Shown piece by piece: positions 1-10,076 of a stretch of DNA of 64,000 bases. A program made the translations under genes and the position numbers. Each line of letters starts with the position of its first letter. Positions within the stretch are counted from its first letter, which is position 1. Source of the DNA: Truepera sp. (GTDB lineage Bacteria; Deinococcota; Deinococci; Deinococcales; Trueperaceae); the NCBI GenBank assembly GCA_965218435.1, contig CBDCKW010000009.1, positions 2,144,001-2,208,000 of the forward strand. The letters run 5' to 3'. Under the pieces are notes generated by a model that saw only the letters and a list, made by a program, of their open reading frames with translations, was not told the origin of the DNA and did no database searches.

Positions 1-320
1 GGCAACCCAACTCGCGCCGCCAGGCGGAGCCGCATTTGCTGGCGGCGCGGGTTTATCCGTAGCACCATCTGTACAGGCACCAGGGGGATACCGGCGCGAT
101 ACGCCCTGGGAAAGCCGGGGCCTATCAGCGCAGCGTGCGGGCAGCCCCGAAGCACACTAGCTGGCGACCGGCGCACTGCTGCTAGCCAAACGCAGTAGGC
201 GACAACTAAGCCTAAGACCGTTTCCCCAAAAAACGTGGGTTTACAATTTCAGGGGTTCTTTCTGCTCTCGAGGATCTCTTCTTACAATCCTAAATGCTCT
301 ATACAGGTTGCTCCAGCGCG

Positions 321-2459
321 TTATACCCCGTCCATCACCCAGTCCGACAGTACCAACTCGGCCGACCCCGCCTCGAGCATAAACCTCACAGCTTCGGCGG
401 CGCTCAGGGGCTGCGCGAACAAAAAACCCTGTCCGAACTCACACCCGAGCACCCGAAGCTGCTCGAGCTGCGCCGAGGTCTCGACCCCTTCGGCGGTGAC
501 CTTGAGGTTGAGTGAACGTGCGAGCGCGACAATCGTCCGGACCAGCTCGGTACTTTCAACACTCCCTTCCATCCGCTGAACGAACGAGCGGTCAATTTTA
601 AGGACGTTTAAGGGAAAGTTTTGCAGGTAAGAAAGCGACGAATAGCCGGTACCGAAGTCGTCAATGTGGAGTTGGACGCCGAGTCTGTAAAGTTGCTCCA
701 ACGTCTCTTTGACGGTGCCCGAGTGGGTAATCAGCACGCTTTCGGTGAGCTCGAGCTTTAACGATTCGGGCGAAAACCCGGTCTGCTCTAAAATCTGCGC
801 GACTTTTGCGGAGAGGTCGGGCCGCGCGAAGCCCTGCCCGGACAAGTTGACGCTCAAGGTGAGGGGTGGCTCGGCGGGGAACGCGCCCTGCCAGGTGAGG
901 AGCTGCGTACACGCTTCGCGCAGCACCCAGAGGTCAATTTCGGCGATCAGGCCCAACTCTTCGGCGAGCGGGATAAAGTCTTGCGGCGACACCAGACCGT
1001 GAACCGGGTGCTGCCAGCGCACGAGCGCCTCAAAGCCGATCGGCTGTTTTGTCTCGACCGAGAGGATCGGTTGGTAGTGAACCTCAAATTCACGCCGCTC
1101 CAACGCGCCGCGCAGGTCGGTCTCGAGCGCCATCAGCGTGACTGCATATTCACGCAGTTCAGCTGTAAACACCTGGTAGCCAGCCTTCCCGAGCGCCTTG
1201 GCGCGGTACATGGCGAGGTCGGCGTCGCGGAGGACATCTTCAGCGCGGTCGTACCCGGCAGCCGCCGGTACAATACCGATACTGACCGTGATCGGCACCT
1301 GTTTGTCCGAGAGTAGAAACGGGCGTTTGAGCACCGCTTGAATACGTTCGGCGGTCTGTATCGCCCCTTCGACGCTGACATCTTCCAGGAGAATCGTAAA
1401 TTCGTCGCCGCCGAGCCGCGCGACCGTATCGGCGGGCCGCACGCACCCTTTGAGGCGCTCCCCGAGGGCGATCAGTAAGGCGTCACCGACCGCGTGCCCG
1501 AGCGAATCGTTGATGACCTTAAAGCGGTCAAAGTCGAGAAACAAGACCGCAAAGCCCCCCTCGAGGCGTCGGTTAAAGCGTTCGATGGCCTGACCTAAAC
1601 GGTCCTTAAAGAGCGCCCGGTTCGGTAGCCCCGTCAGTGCGTCGTGAAAGGCGTCATGCTGAAGCTGCTCGTTGGCCCGCTCGAGTCGCTCTTTCGCCTC
1701 TTCCAGCTCGCGGGTGCGTTCTTCGACGCGGCGCTCGAGTTCATCGTACGCACGTTGCAACTCACGCTGCGCCTCGGTCAGCTCGGTCACGTCTTGGCCA
1801 TAGCCGAGCATCATCACGAATTCGCCCTGTTCGCCGTAAACCGGACACAGGTTCCGCGTGTGGTAGCGGACGCCCCCCCGGGTCTCAAACCGCTCTTCCC
1901 ACCGCACCTTTTTCTTTTCGGTCAGCGCCCGCCGAAAGTGCTCACGCCGGGTTTCGGCCAGCACCGGGTCACGCCCCAGATGTGCGCAGTACTCGAAGTC
2001 ATCACGGCCAATCAGCCACTCGCGCAGCTTTTTGTTGCGAACGGCGCTCGGGTTGACGAACTGATAGCGGTGTTCCGCGTTAAAGACGACGATTTCGACG
2101 GGCACACTGTTTAAGATGTTTTGATAATGCGCCGACTGTTCGGCCAGTTCCGCTTCAATCTGGTGGCGACTCGTCACGTCGGTATTGGCAAAAATATAAC
2201 CGATGACCGCGCCATCTTCGTCTAGGTAAGGGTAGAGCCTCGAGGTCGTGCGTTTGGCCGTCCCGTTCCGGGCGCGGTAACGCAGCTCTATATCGCTAAA
2301 CCCTTCGCCCTGTTCGACATAAGGGAGCAGCGGTTCGACAAAACTCGCCGAGGTGACCTCTAAGAGTTCGCTGTAATTTTGCCCGATCACCTCGTCACCG
2401 TACCCGAAGTCTTTGCTGCACGCCCGGTTACATGCCTGGATACGGCCCTCCAAATCGAT
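321..2459 (-). pseudogene. PAS-PAS-GGDEF-EAL diguanylate cyclase/phosphodiesterase, 5'-truncated at an IS end
   Basis: HDALTGLPNR, ARLGGDEF, FEALVRW and DDFGTGYSSL motifs. The frame begins mid-PAS (..IDLEGRIQACN) at the IS TIR, with only an internal TTG at 2453. Confidence 0.85.
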
Positions 2460-2461
2460 TA

Positions 2462-3505
2462 AATCATCTGCGAAATAGCGCCGAAGGAGTCAAAGGACTA
2501 AACTAGCAGGATGAAAGCGAGCCGCTTAAAGAGAAAGCCCAAGCATCTGTATAACTTCACAGGTTTAAGCGTCGAGCAGTTCAAGTTGCTTAGTAAAGCG
2601 GTCGAAGTACGCCTTGCCGAACCAAAAGGCACCCAGGGCAAATTACGTCAACGTGCAGTAGGCGGGGGACGCAAGGCAGAACTAGGGGTAGAGGATCAGG
2701 TTTTAGGGGTGCTGCTGTATTACCGTTTGTACCTGACCCAGCTGCTACTAGGCTACTTATTCAACTTGGATGATAGTAACGTCAGCCGTTTGATCAGCAA
2801 ACTTCGACCTGTACTACTTGAGGTTCTCCCCTTACCAGCGCACGAGACAGTTCTTTTTGGTCAAGCTAAAAGAAAGCGTATCGCAAGCCTAGAAGAACTG
2901 CTTGAGCAGCATCCTGAGTTCAAGGAAGTCTTGGTTGATGCTACCGAGCAAGAAATCCAGAAACCCAAAGACAAGCAAGAACGCAGAGACAAGTATTCAG
3001 GTAAGAAAAAGCGACATACGCTCAAGACCCAAATCACTGCCACCAACACAAAGCTTATCCTTCATGTGACACGTTCTTTACCAGGCAAATTCAGCGACGT
3101 CAACGTCCTTAGAGGTACCGGGGTGTTACGAGCTTTACCTACGGCTACCGAGGTCCGAGTGGACAAAGGATATGACGGTATTGATAAGGATTTTCCCCAT
3201 AGAACCTTCCATCAGCCCAGCAAAGCTAGAAGAAACAAACCCCTGGACTTCATCCAGAAATGCCTCAACAAAGTTCAAAACAGCCTGCGTTTTCCTGTCG
3301 AGCACACACTGGCTCACTTGAAACGCTTTAAGCTCTTAGCGGGTATCTACCGAGGCCCAAAAGCTGTTTATGATGACACTTTCTTAGCTATCGCGGGGCT
3401 TCATAACTTCAGAAAGTTAGATGCTCTGGCTTGGTAAGCCGACTTAAACCCTTTCTCTAAGCCTAGCTACTTTATTCTGATCGTGTACTTATTTCGCAGA
3501 TGATT
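2462..3505 (+). mobile_element. IS5-family (ISL2/IS702-like) insertion sequence
   Basis: Perfect 16-bp TIRs AATCATCTGCGAAATA (2462-2477) / TATTTCGCAGATGATT (3490-3505), TA on both sides, enclosing one transposase ORF. Confidence 0.9.
2511..3437 (+). CDS. IS5-family DDE transposase (HTH_Tnp_4 + DDE_Tnp_4 type)
   Basis: VDATEQ, YSGKKKRHTLK, VDKGY and RFPVEHTLAHLKRFKLL motifs; single intact frame. Confidence 0.9.
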   Translation: MKASRLKRKPKHLYNFTGLSVEQFKLLSKAVEVRLAEPKGTQGKLRQRAVGGGRKAELGVEDQVLGVLLYYRLYLTQLLLGYLFNLDDSNVSRLISKLRPVLLEVLPLPAHETVLFGQAKRKRIASLEELLEQHPEFKEVLVDATEQEIQKPKDKQERRDKYSGKKKRHTLKTQITATNTKLILHVTRSLPGKFSDVNVLRGTGVLRALPTATEVRVDKGYDGIDKDFPHRTFHQPSKARRNKPLDFIQKCLNKVQNSLRFPVEHTLAHLKRFKLLAGIYRGPKAVYDDTFLAIAGLHNFRKLDALAW

Positions 3506-4048
3506 TACTCTGAATTTGTAGACGAGGGCGTCGTAGTTCTCGGTATAGATAACGCCGTTGAAAACAGCTTTGCTTGGAAACAAGCGCGGTTCATCACTGA
3601 AGCAAAATACAAGCAGCTCGAGCGGTATCGGGTTTTCCCTGACGACTTAATCATCACCATCATGGGAACGCTCGGACGCTGCGCGGTTGTGCCGAAAAAC
3701 ATTCCGTTAGCCATAAACACAAAGCATCTTTGCTGTATCACGCTCGACCAGTCGAAATGTTTGCCCACATATCTGCATTCGTGCTTTACCGGGTACCCGG
3801 ATGTTTTGCAGCAGTTGGGTGCGTCAGAACGTGGCGCAATTATGGACGGCCTGAATATGGGGCTCATCAAGGACATTACAATCTCGTTGCCGCCGTTAGC
3901 CCTTCAGCAAAAATTCGCCCAAATAGTCCAAAAACACGAACGGCTGCGGGCTCAGCAGCGGGAGGCGGCGCGGCAGGCGGAGGGGCTTTTTCAGGCACTG
4001 CTGCACCGGGCGTTTCGTGGGGAACTGAGTGAGGCGGCGGTTGTCTAG
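3506..4048 (+). pseudogene. hsdS: Type I restriction-modification specificity subunit, C-terminal half only
   Basis: [20 protein letters not shown] and [27 protein letters not shown] conserved helix. The listed ATG (3500) lies inside the IS TIR, so the native N-terminus is missing. Confidence 0.85.
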
Positions 4049-5267
4049 GCAGGGCGGACTTTTTGAGGATGATTACGCTACACCTGTGCGGTACGGACGC
4101 GAGTGGCAACATGCTAACTCGCTCTCGTCGTGCTGTTACCCCGCCGACACCGACAGTCACGGTTACTACTTCGAGCGCAATGTGTGGCAGTTGCTCGAGC
4201 GTTCGCCTTTCTGGGAGAACGTACAAGAGAGTGAGCTCGAGGCGGCGCTTTGGCTTGTCGCCATAGCGCAGGAATACAACGAGTTTACGAACTACGCGAT
4301 TGACGAGACCGACGAGTTCAATGTGCTCGGGGTTTTACACAACGAGTTTCACGTAGACGAAGACGACTTAGCTCAGCACCTTCTGGAATACGGCAATGAC
4401 GATGTAGAGGTGTTCGGCTTTCCGTCATTTGATACGGTGAGCCCACATGATGCGCTTCTCGATAGGCTTGTGACACTGCGGGGCCGAATCCGAAGCTTAA
4501 TAAAGGAGACTGTCGGTGCGCCCGAATTACGGCTGAACTTTTACCGTGACCCCTCTGGTTGGGACAGCAGGTTACGAGGCGTAGCTTTACCCAGACTAGA
4601 ATCTCAAGAACCTCTAAAGCTAACAAATGACTGGAACGAGGTAATGCGCTTTGTCGAGCAGGGCAAAAAAGTGCCACCCCTCCCACCGTTGCCTGAATGG
4701 TTTGATAAGGGCTGGTCATCCATTCTTGTTCGGGGCCATGACAAGCAGTTTGCCACAAACGCTTGGCATCCGCTGCGACGGTCAAAACTTGCGCCAAAGC
4801 TCAGCGGCCCGCACGAAGAGGCTGCACTTTGGGCGGTCATGCTACGCCTCAGCTATGTGGGCTTTTTAGAGGTTGCAATGGACGAGTGAGATGACCGTTC
4901 TATCCTTATGTGGCTCGAGGATTTTGGGGTGTCATGGGCAAATGTAGCGAAACATCTGGGCGTTGAAGATTACCTGCTTGGTGAAGACGAAGATACGGAA
5001 GGGCTCGAAAATGCGCTTTGGCGAGCAGTGCGTGAAAGAAGACCACTCTTAAAAACCGGGTTTGTGCGAATCTTATCCACTACCACCCGAATTGTAGATT
5101 TCTACTGTGACCCCTTCGGCTTTCGAGATGTATTTTCAGGTGGTGAGTCCCCTAACGACGATCAGCGTGACTCTGAAGAGAAGGCGCTCGAGCCTGAGCA
5201 GCTTGGAAAGCTTTGGGACTGGGTTGATCAGCTATTTATCTCTTCAGAGTCACTTTTGCCTGAATGA
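4029..5267 (+). CDS. Unknown acidic protein with two internal repeats, interrupted by one in-frame TGA (ORFs 4029-4889 and 4908-5267)
   Basis: Both ORFs are in the same frame, separated only by TGA 4887-4889. The repeat alignment runs across the stop. Confidence 0.65.
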
Positions 5268-5297
5268 GTAACTAAACAGTGCTTTGCGCCTAAATCA

Positions 5298-5936
5298 ATG
5301 ACCTATCCTGTTCCCACTTCCATCTACCACATTACGCACATCGCTAACCTTGCGAGTATTTTGGCGGCGGGTGGGCTAGGGTGCAAAGCGGGTATGGCGA
5401 ACAAGCAGCACGTAGATGTGTCGCACTACGACCTTCAAGAGCGCCGCCGTCGCCGAGAGGTAACTTGTGCGCCCGGTGGCAATCTCCACGATTATGTGCC
5501 CTTTTACTTCGCGCCTCGGTCGCCGATGCTTTACGCGCTCTACCGGGGCAACGTTGCCGGGTACGACGGTGGTCAGACGCCGCTCGTTTATCTGGTCTCG
5601 AGCGTACAAGAGGTAACTTCACAGGGCTTGCCGTTCGTCTTTACCGATGGACACCCAATCATGGCGTTTTCAAAGTTTTATGCGGAGGTCGAAGCGTTAG
5701 ACCGTATCGCGTGGGACGTTATGGTGGGGACGTACTGGAACGATACGGCAGAGTTCCCAAACCGTAAACAGCTCAAGCAGGCGGAGTTTTTAGTACATCA
5801 AACTTTTCCGTGGCAGGCCATCGAGCTTTTAGCGGTACGCTCGTCCACAGCGAAAACCCAGGTCGAGCGCGTCCTTAGCACTGCTCCTCAACGTTTTACA
5901 AAACCTGTTCACCTCATGCCGGGGTGGTACTTTTAG
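5298..5936 (+). CDS. darT: DarT DNA ADP-ribosyltransferase toxin (DUF4433)
   Basis: IYHITHIANL, DYVPFYFAPRSPMLY, FVFTDGH and KQAEFLV motifs; adjacent to a macrodomain gene. Confidence 0.92.
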   Translation: MTYPVPTSIYHITHIANLASILAAGGLGCKAGMANKQHVDVSHYDLQERRRRREVTCAPGGNLHDYVPFYFAPRSPMLYALYRGNVAGYDGGQTPLVYLVSSVQEVTSQGLPFVFTDGHPIMAFSKFYAEVEALDRIAWDVMVGTYWNDTAEFPNRKQLKQAEFLVHQTFPWQAIELLAVRSSTAKTQVERVLSTAPQRFTKPVHLMPGWYF

Positions 5937-5985
5937 ATTTGCTAAACTGAGCGAGTAGAAACTTCTTACTGCGCCGGGTGAAGAT

Positions 5986-7032
5986 GTGATTGAACTAAAG
6001 CAGGACAACCTTTTCCACGCGAAAGTGGACGCGCTTGTCAACACTGTTAATACCGTCGGTGTGATGGGCAAGGGGATTGCCTTGCAGTTTAAGCGCACCT
6101 ACCCGGACAACTTCAAAGCATACGCGCGTGCCTGTAAAGCGGGTGAAGTTGTGATCGGTAAGATGTTTACCTTTGACCGGGGCGAACTCAGCACGCCGAG
6201 GTTCATCATTAACTTTCCAACTAAGCAGCACTGGCGTAGTCCATCGAGGCTCGAGTACATCGAGAGTGGCCTTGTTGACCTTATGCATGAAATAAAACGC
6301 TTGGGCATCACGTCGGTCGCTATGCCCGCGCTCGGTTGTAGTAACGGTGGTCTGGAGTGGGCAGACGTAAAACCGCGTATTACAGATGCTTTTAACGACA
6401 TGCCGGAAGTTCGAGTACTGCTTTACGAACCGCAAGAACATAAGGTTCCTGTCAACCTCGGTAAACCCAAAAAGAAGCCAAACCTCTCTTTGGGTCGCGC
6501 TCTAATGATTACGCTTATTGATTTGTACAACACGCCTGGATATACACTTGGCAGACTTGAGGCGCAGAAGCTCGCCTACTTTTTGCAGTCTGCCGGACAA
6601 GACCTCAACCTAAGTTTCGTCAAGCACGAATACGGCCCCTACGCCGAAGCTGTAAACCACGTGTTGCAGGCGCTCGAAGGCTATTACATCAAGGGATATG
6701 GCGACCGCAGTGGCGCGTCCGAGATCACTGTACTGCCGGGCATCACTGACGAGGCGTGTGCGCAGCTCGAGCCATACGAGGATGCACTATTTAGGCTCGA
6801 GCGGGTCAAGAAGCTCATTGAAGGGTTTGAAACGCCTTATGGGATGGAGCTTTTAGCCTCGGTGCATTGGCTTATCACACAAGAACACGCACACAGTTAC
6901 GACGATGCTGTGAAGCTTCTGCACGGGTGGAATGAGCGTAAAGCGCATGTTTTTAGAGATGAACATATCGCTATTGCTTGGAATCATCTTGACCAGTTGG
7001 GCTGGATGGAGCCTCGAGCTTCAGCCACATAG
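5986..7032 (+). CDS. darG: DarG macrodomain ADP-ribosylglycohydrolase antitoxin
   Basis: VNTVNTVGVMGKGIALQFK, IINFPTKQHW and PALGCSNGGL macrodomain motifs; C-terminal QKLAYFLQ..YGPYA..GFETPYGMELLASVHW. Confidence 0.92.
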   Translation: MIELKQDNLFHAKVDALVNTVNTVGVMGKGIALQFKRTYPDNFKAYARACKAGEVVIGKMFTFDRGELSTPRFIINFPTKQHWRSPSRLEYIESGLVDLMHEIKRLGITSVAMPALGCSNGGLEWADVKPRITDAFNDMPEVRVLLYEPQEHKVPVNLGKPKKKPNLSLGRALMITLIDLYNTPGYTLGRLEAQKLAYFLQSAGQDLNLSFVKHEYGPYAEAVNHVLQALEGYYIKGYGDRSGASEITVLPGITDEACAQLEPYEDALFRLERVKKLIEGFETPYGMELLASVHWLITQEHAHSYDDAVKLLHGWNERKAHVFRDEHIAIAWNHLDQLGWMEPRASAT

Positions 7033-7137
7033 AGGTGGGGCAAAATGATGGGGTCACTAACTGCCGCATTTTAGTAAAATTCAGAGACGCATACCGTGCG
7101 ACAATTAGCTTTATACAACGTTTGACGCTTGAGCTGC

Positions 7138-7557
7138 TTAAGTACGTGGGTTTCTGGACAGATGAACGCCTCTACCTCTCCACTTACCCGTGTAAAGCCA
7201 CCCTTCATAGTGAGCGAGCCACTCCGATGCCCAAGGGAGAATAGTTTCGGCTAGGTACATGTGACTATCCCACTCTTTACCCCAAGGCAGATAAAGGCAA
7301 AGTGACTCGTCCGAATATAGGTGAGGCGGACGTTGGTTTTCTCGATACCTCAGCTTGGGTTCGACCACGTAGGCACGGGGACGCTTCCGCAATTTGTAGT
7401 GTAGCCGTAAGCTGTAAGTCGCGCCCAGTGGACTTGGCGTGATCTGTCCAAGCCAAACCAACTGACTGCGGTTTATCTGACTTTGAGAGTCAGGAAACAT
7501 GTGCGATAGACTCGCCCGCTGTAGCGCAAGGCTCAGCGCCTGTTCTTTAATCCTCAC
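7138..7557 (-). CDS. Prokaryotic E2-like (ubiquitin-conjugating fold) CBASS accessory protein
   Basis: PPHLYSDESLCLY (His..Cys) and ILPWASEWLAHYEGWLYTGKWRGRG; overlaps the CD-NTase stop. Confidence 0.8.
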   Translation of the reverse strand: MRIKEQALSLALQRASLSHMFPDSQSQINRSQLVWLGQITPSPLGATYSLRLHYKLRKRPRAYVVEPKLRYRENQRPPHLYSDESLCLYLPWGKEWDSHMYLAETILPWASEWLAHYEGWLYTGKWRGRGVHLSRNPRT

Positions 7558-8680
7558 CGAAGTTGGTATGTCTTGGCACCGTTACAGCACCAGTTGCACC
7601 CAAGGTGCCTGTACTTTTTTTCATCTTGAGTTGACCATCCTCGCGCTGTTTATAAAGATCATCCATATGCTCATCAATTGCTTGCTGAACTACCCGCTCG
7701 CCCAGACGTTCGCCGAACAACTCACCGATGTTATGAATCCCCGACGTTGCCGCCGCGCGCTCAAGATCCATTTTAAGTTGATTTAACCACCGATAAAAAT
7801 TCTCTTCGCGCTTTGGGTTTGTCTCCCATTTATCAGCGAAATTTTCTTCCGGGTCAACTGGATTAGGTATATAAGCTTTATCACCAACGTACTTGATAAA
7901 TCTTTCCATATCAAAGGCAACCTCGAAGAGTGCTTCAAAAAGGTCGGATTCGCCGTTGTAAGCGTGCGCCGCGAGGGTAGTGATGATGATTGAAATAGGT
8001 TTATCGTCTTGATCCTCTACAAAGTAGATATCGCGGTGACGTTTGAGAAGCTGCACAACGCGCTGCAGCGGTGTCCTGACCCTCCACTCGGGTACGTCCT
8101 CTACATCAGCCTTGAGCACTTTTGCCAGACGCTCACGCTCTGCTTGAAACTGATAACTCATTTGTCCAATGAACCACTTGCTGTAGTCAACTGGGTTACT
8201 GGGCTGCCACTCGCGCAGCTCCTTATCGGTAATTAGGATGCTGTTTTTATTACCTTCGGCATTAGGTATTGCCGGAAGTACGTCTAAGTGAAACTCGCTG
8301 TAAGTAAGCGTCCAGCACCGGCGACCTTCAGTTAAAACTCGCCGATAACGCCCATTCTCTTTAAGTCGATCACCGACTCGGTGCTTAAGGTCATATTGAG
8401 TTGTCTGCTCTTTGACGATATATAAAACGCATACGGAGTCAATATCATAGTCGGCTTCATCTGAAATCGGACGGATGGCCGTACCTAAACGAAACGAGCC
8501 CTGTGAATAGATAGTGGGATGGTAAACAGCCAAGGCACTGTCAGCTTCGTTAAGCCATTCACCGATCTCGTCATACTTGGCAATAATTTCTCGTGTCAGG
8601 TGTTCGGGTATGTCTAGTTGGCTGGCAATACGGCTCAAGATGTCGCTCAGCTGCTCAGCCTTTGGGCTATCTAAAATCAT
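7547..8680 (-). CDS. CBASS CD-NTase (cGAS/DncV-like nucleotidyltransferase)
   Basis: QGSFRLGTAIRP..DYDID, LDVLPA, SNPVDY, LLKRHRD, KPISIIITTLAA and NPVDPEENFADKW motifs; C-terminus ..TNFGED. Confidence 0.92.
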   Translation of the reverse strand: MILDSPKAEQLSDILSRIASQLDIPEHLTREIIAKYDEIGEWLNEADSALAVYHPTIYSQGSFRLGTAIRPISDEADYDIDSVCVLYIVKEQTTQYDLKHRVGDRLKENGRYRRVLTEGRRCWTLTYSEFHLDVLPAIPNAEGNKNSILITDKELREWQPSNPVDYSKWFIGQMSYQFQAERERLAKVLKADVEDVPEWRVRTPLQRVVQLLKRHRDIYFVEDQDDKPISIIITTLAAHAYNGESDLFEALFEVAFDMERFIKYVGDKAYIPNPVDPEENFADKWETNPKREENFYRWLNQLKMDLERAAATSGIHNIGELFGERLGERVVQQAIDEHMDDLYKQREDGQLKMKKSTGTLGATGAVTVPRHTNFGED

Positions 8681-9651
8681 GCTGCTGCCTCAACTTTCTG
8701 GGGTTGAAGGGGCGTATATTTGCTAGCCAAGTGAGGCTGAAAATGGTTTTTGAAATGAGGACTAAAATCTCTACTCGTGGTTGATGCCCAACTCAGCATC
8801 GCGCGGCTGTTGAGCTTATCCATGCTAAAGAGGCCATTTGGGACGACAGAATCAAGCCGATGAACCTTCTCTTTACCTAATAGATGAACTGCTTGGGTGT
8901 TTGCGCTGAAGCTCTGAGCTTTCATAATCACATCAACAGCTGCTGCGGCCCAGACTAGCCGTCCGCCATTATCAAGCCGTTGGGGACGAATTACGGTGGG
9001 CCGAGTTGTCCCAATACTTAGAACACGGATGTCCTGCAGTGGCACACCGAACATACTTACAGCTTCAGTGATCGCAACAATAACAGGGTTGTTAGCCCAG
9101 ATGCCACCGTCAATCAAGCGGACTGAATCTACACCGGTGTAAGCCGAAAAAAAGGTCGGTGCGGCACTGGTTGCAAGAGCTACCTGCCACGCGGGTACTT
9201 TCCAGTCTCGGTTTAACCTGTGATGATGAGGCGTTTTGAAGAGGTAAACCTGTTCACTATCGAGATCGTAAGAGGGGATAACGAGTGGCTTTTGGCTATC
9301 ACCGAGTAACTTTTCTCCGAAAACTTCGCGCAAAGCCTGCTCGAGTGCCTGCCTTGGGTACTTGCGCCGAAACCATTGAAAGGGGTTACGCACCTTGCTG
9401 GGATTTCTGAAAATCTTTGGTCCCTTCTCGACATAAAAACTCAGAATGTCCCTTGGGCGTAGCCCCAAACCTAACCCAGTAGCGATAATCCCACCCGTCG
9501 AGGTTCCTGCAATAAGGTCAAAGTGGTCGGTTATATTTGTGCTGAGATCGTCCTCGAGCTTCGTCAAAATAGCGGCAGTGGCAAGTCCTTTGACTCCGCC
9601 CCCATCAAGTGCGAGTATATGAAATGGTTTTTGCCTCTGGGCGTTCGTCAC
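8677..9651 (-). CDS. CBASS patatin-like phospholipase effector (CapV-like)
   Basis: LALDGGGVKG, GTSTG, ATSAAPTFF and IDGGIWANNP motifs. Likely start is GTG 9651 after GGAG; 4-nt overlap with the CD-NTase. Confidence 0.9.
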   Translation of the reverse strand: MTNAQRQKPFHILALDGGGVKGLATAAILTKLEDDLSTNITDHFDLIAGTSTGGIIATGLGLGLRPRDILSFYVEKGPKIFRNPSKVRNPFQWFRRKYPRQALEQALREVFGEKLLGDSQKPLVIPSYDLDSEQVYLFKTPHHHRLNRDWKVPAWQVALATSAAPTFFSAYTGVDSVRLIDGGIWANNPVIVAITEAVSMFGVPLQDIRVLSIGTTRPTVIRPQRLDNGGRLVWAAAAVDVIMKAQSFSANTQAVHLLGKEKVHRLDSVVPNGLFSMDKLNSRAMLSWASTTSRDFSPHFKNHFQPHLASKYTPLQPQKVEAAA

Positions 9652-9809
9652 GGATTCTCCTTTATGCGAGTCAAGAACAGTTACATTCCATATGTAGCGG
9701 CCAAACAACCTATGGATGCCAAATGTAACACTAATTTTTTGAGGTATCAAGTCCTGTGGCAATATGCTTAAAACTTTCTCATGTTGAGGCCGTTCGCAGC
9801 ATACAACGG

Positions 9810-10076
9810 CTATCTCAGCAGCGTTAGAACGCGCTGCTCGAGAAACTCAGCAGGCGTCAACCCTTTATCGTCAACTTCGTTGGCAACTCGCTGATAAAGC
9901 TCCGCCACAAGCTCTTCATATGCCTCGGGATAATCTTGTAAACGCTGTTCGTGTGTTTCGCCAGTTTCGTTCTCGTCTCGCTCACGTTGTTGGCCCACAA
10001 ACCACGCCCAGCCCGCCATCATGTCCAAAAGGGCTTGTGTCTTGTCTTTAATCATAGGTGGGCGTCGTCCGTTCAC
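9810..10076 (-). CDS. Small hypothetical protein
   Basis: 88-aa ORF overlapping the HD gene 3' end on the same strand; the start may be the second Met. Confidence 0.5.
   Translation of the reverse strand: MNGRRPPMIKDKTQALLDMMAGWAWFVGQQRERDENETGETHEQRLQDYPEAYEELVAELYQRVANEVDDKGLTPAEFLEQRVLTLLR

Noticed and set aside
1..230. Strong GC hairpin (about 9-53) and other stems: possible ncRNA or REP element
   Set aside because: Cut by the window edge, several frames are open and no recognisable RNA family motif is present. Cannot distinguish it from GC-rich coding sequence.
4887..4889. In-frame TGA as selenocysteine
   Set aside because: The aligned position in repeat 1 is not Cys and no clear SECIS-like hairpin follows.
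9652..9762. N-terminal extension of the patatin ORF in the ORF track
   Set aside because: TTG start without an RBS; a GGAG-preceded GTG at 9651 fits the domain start better.
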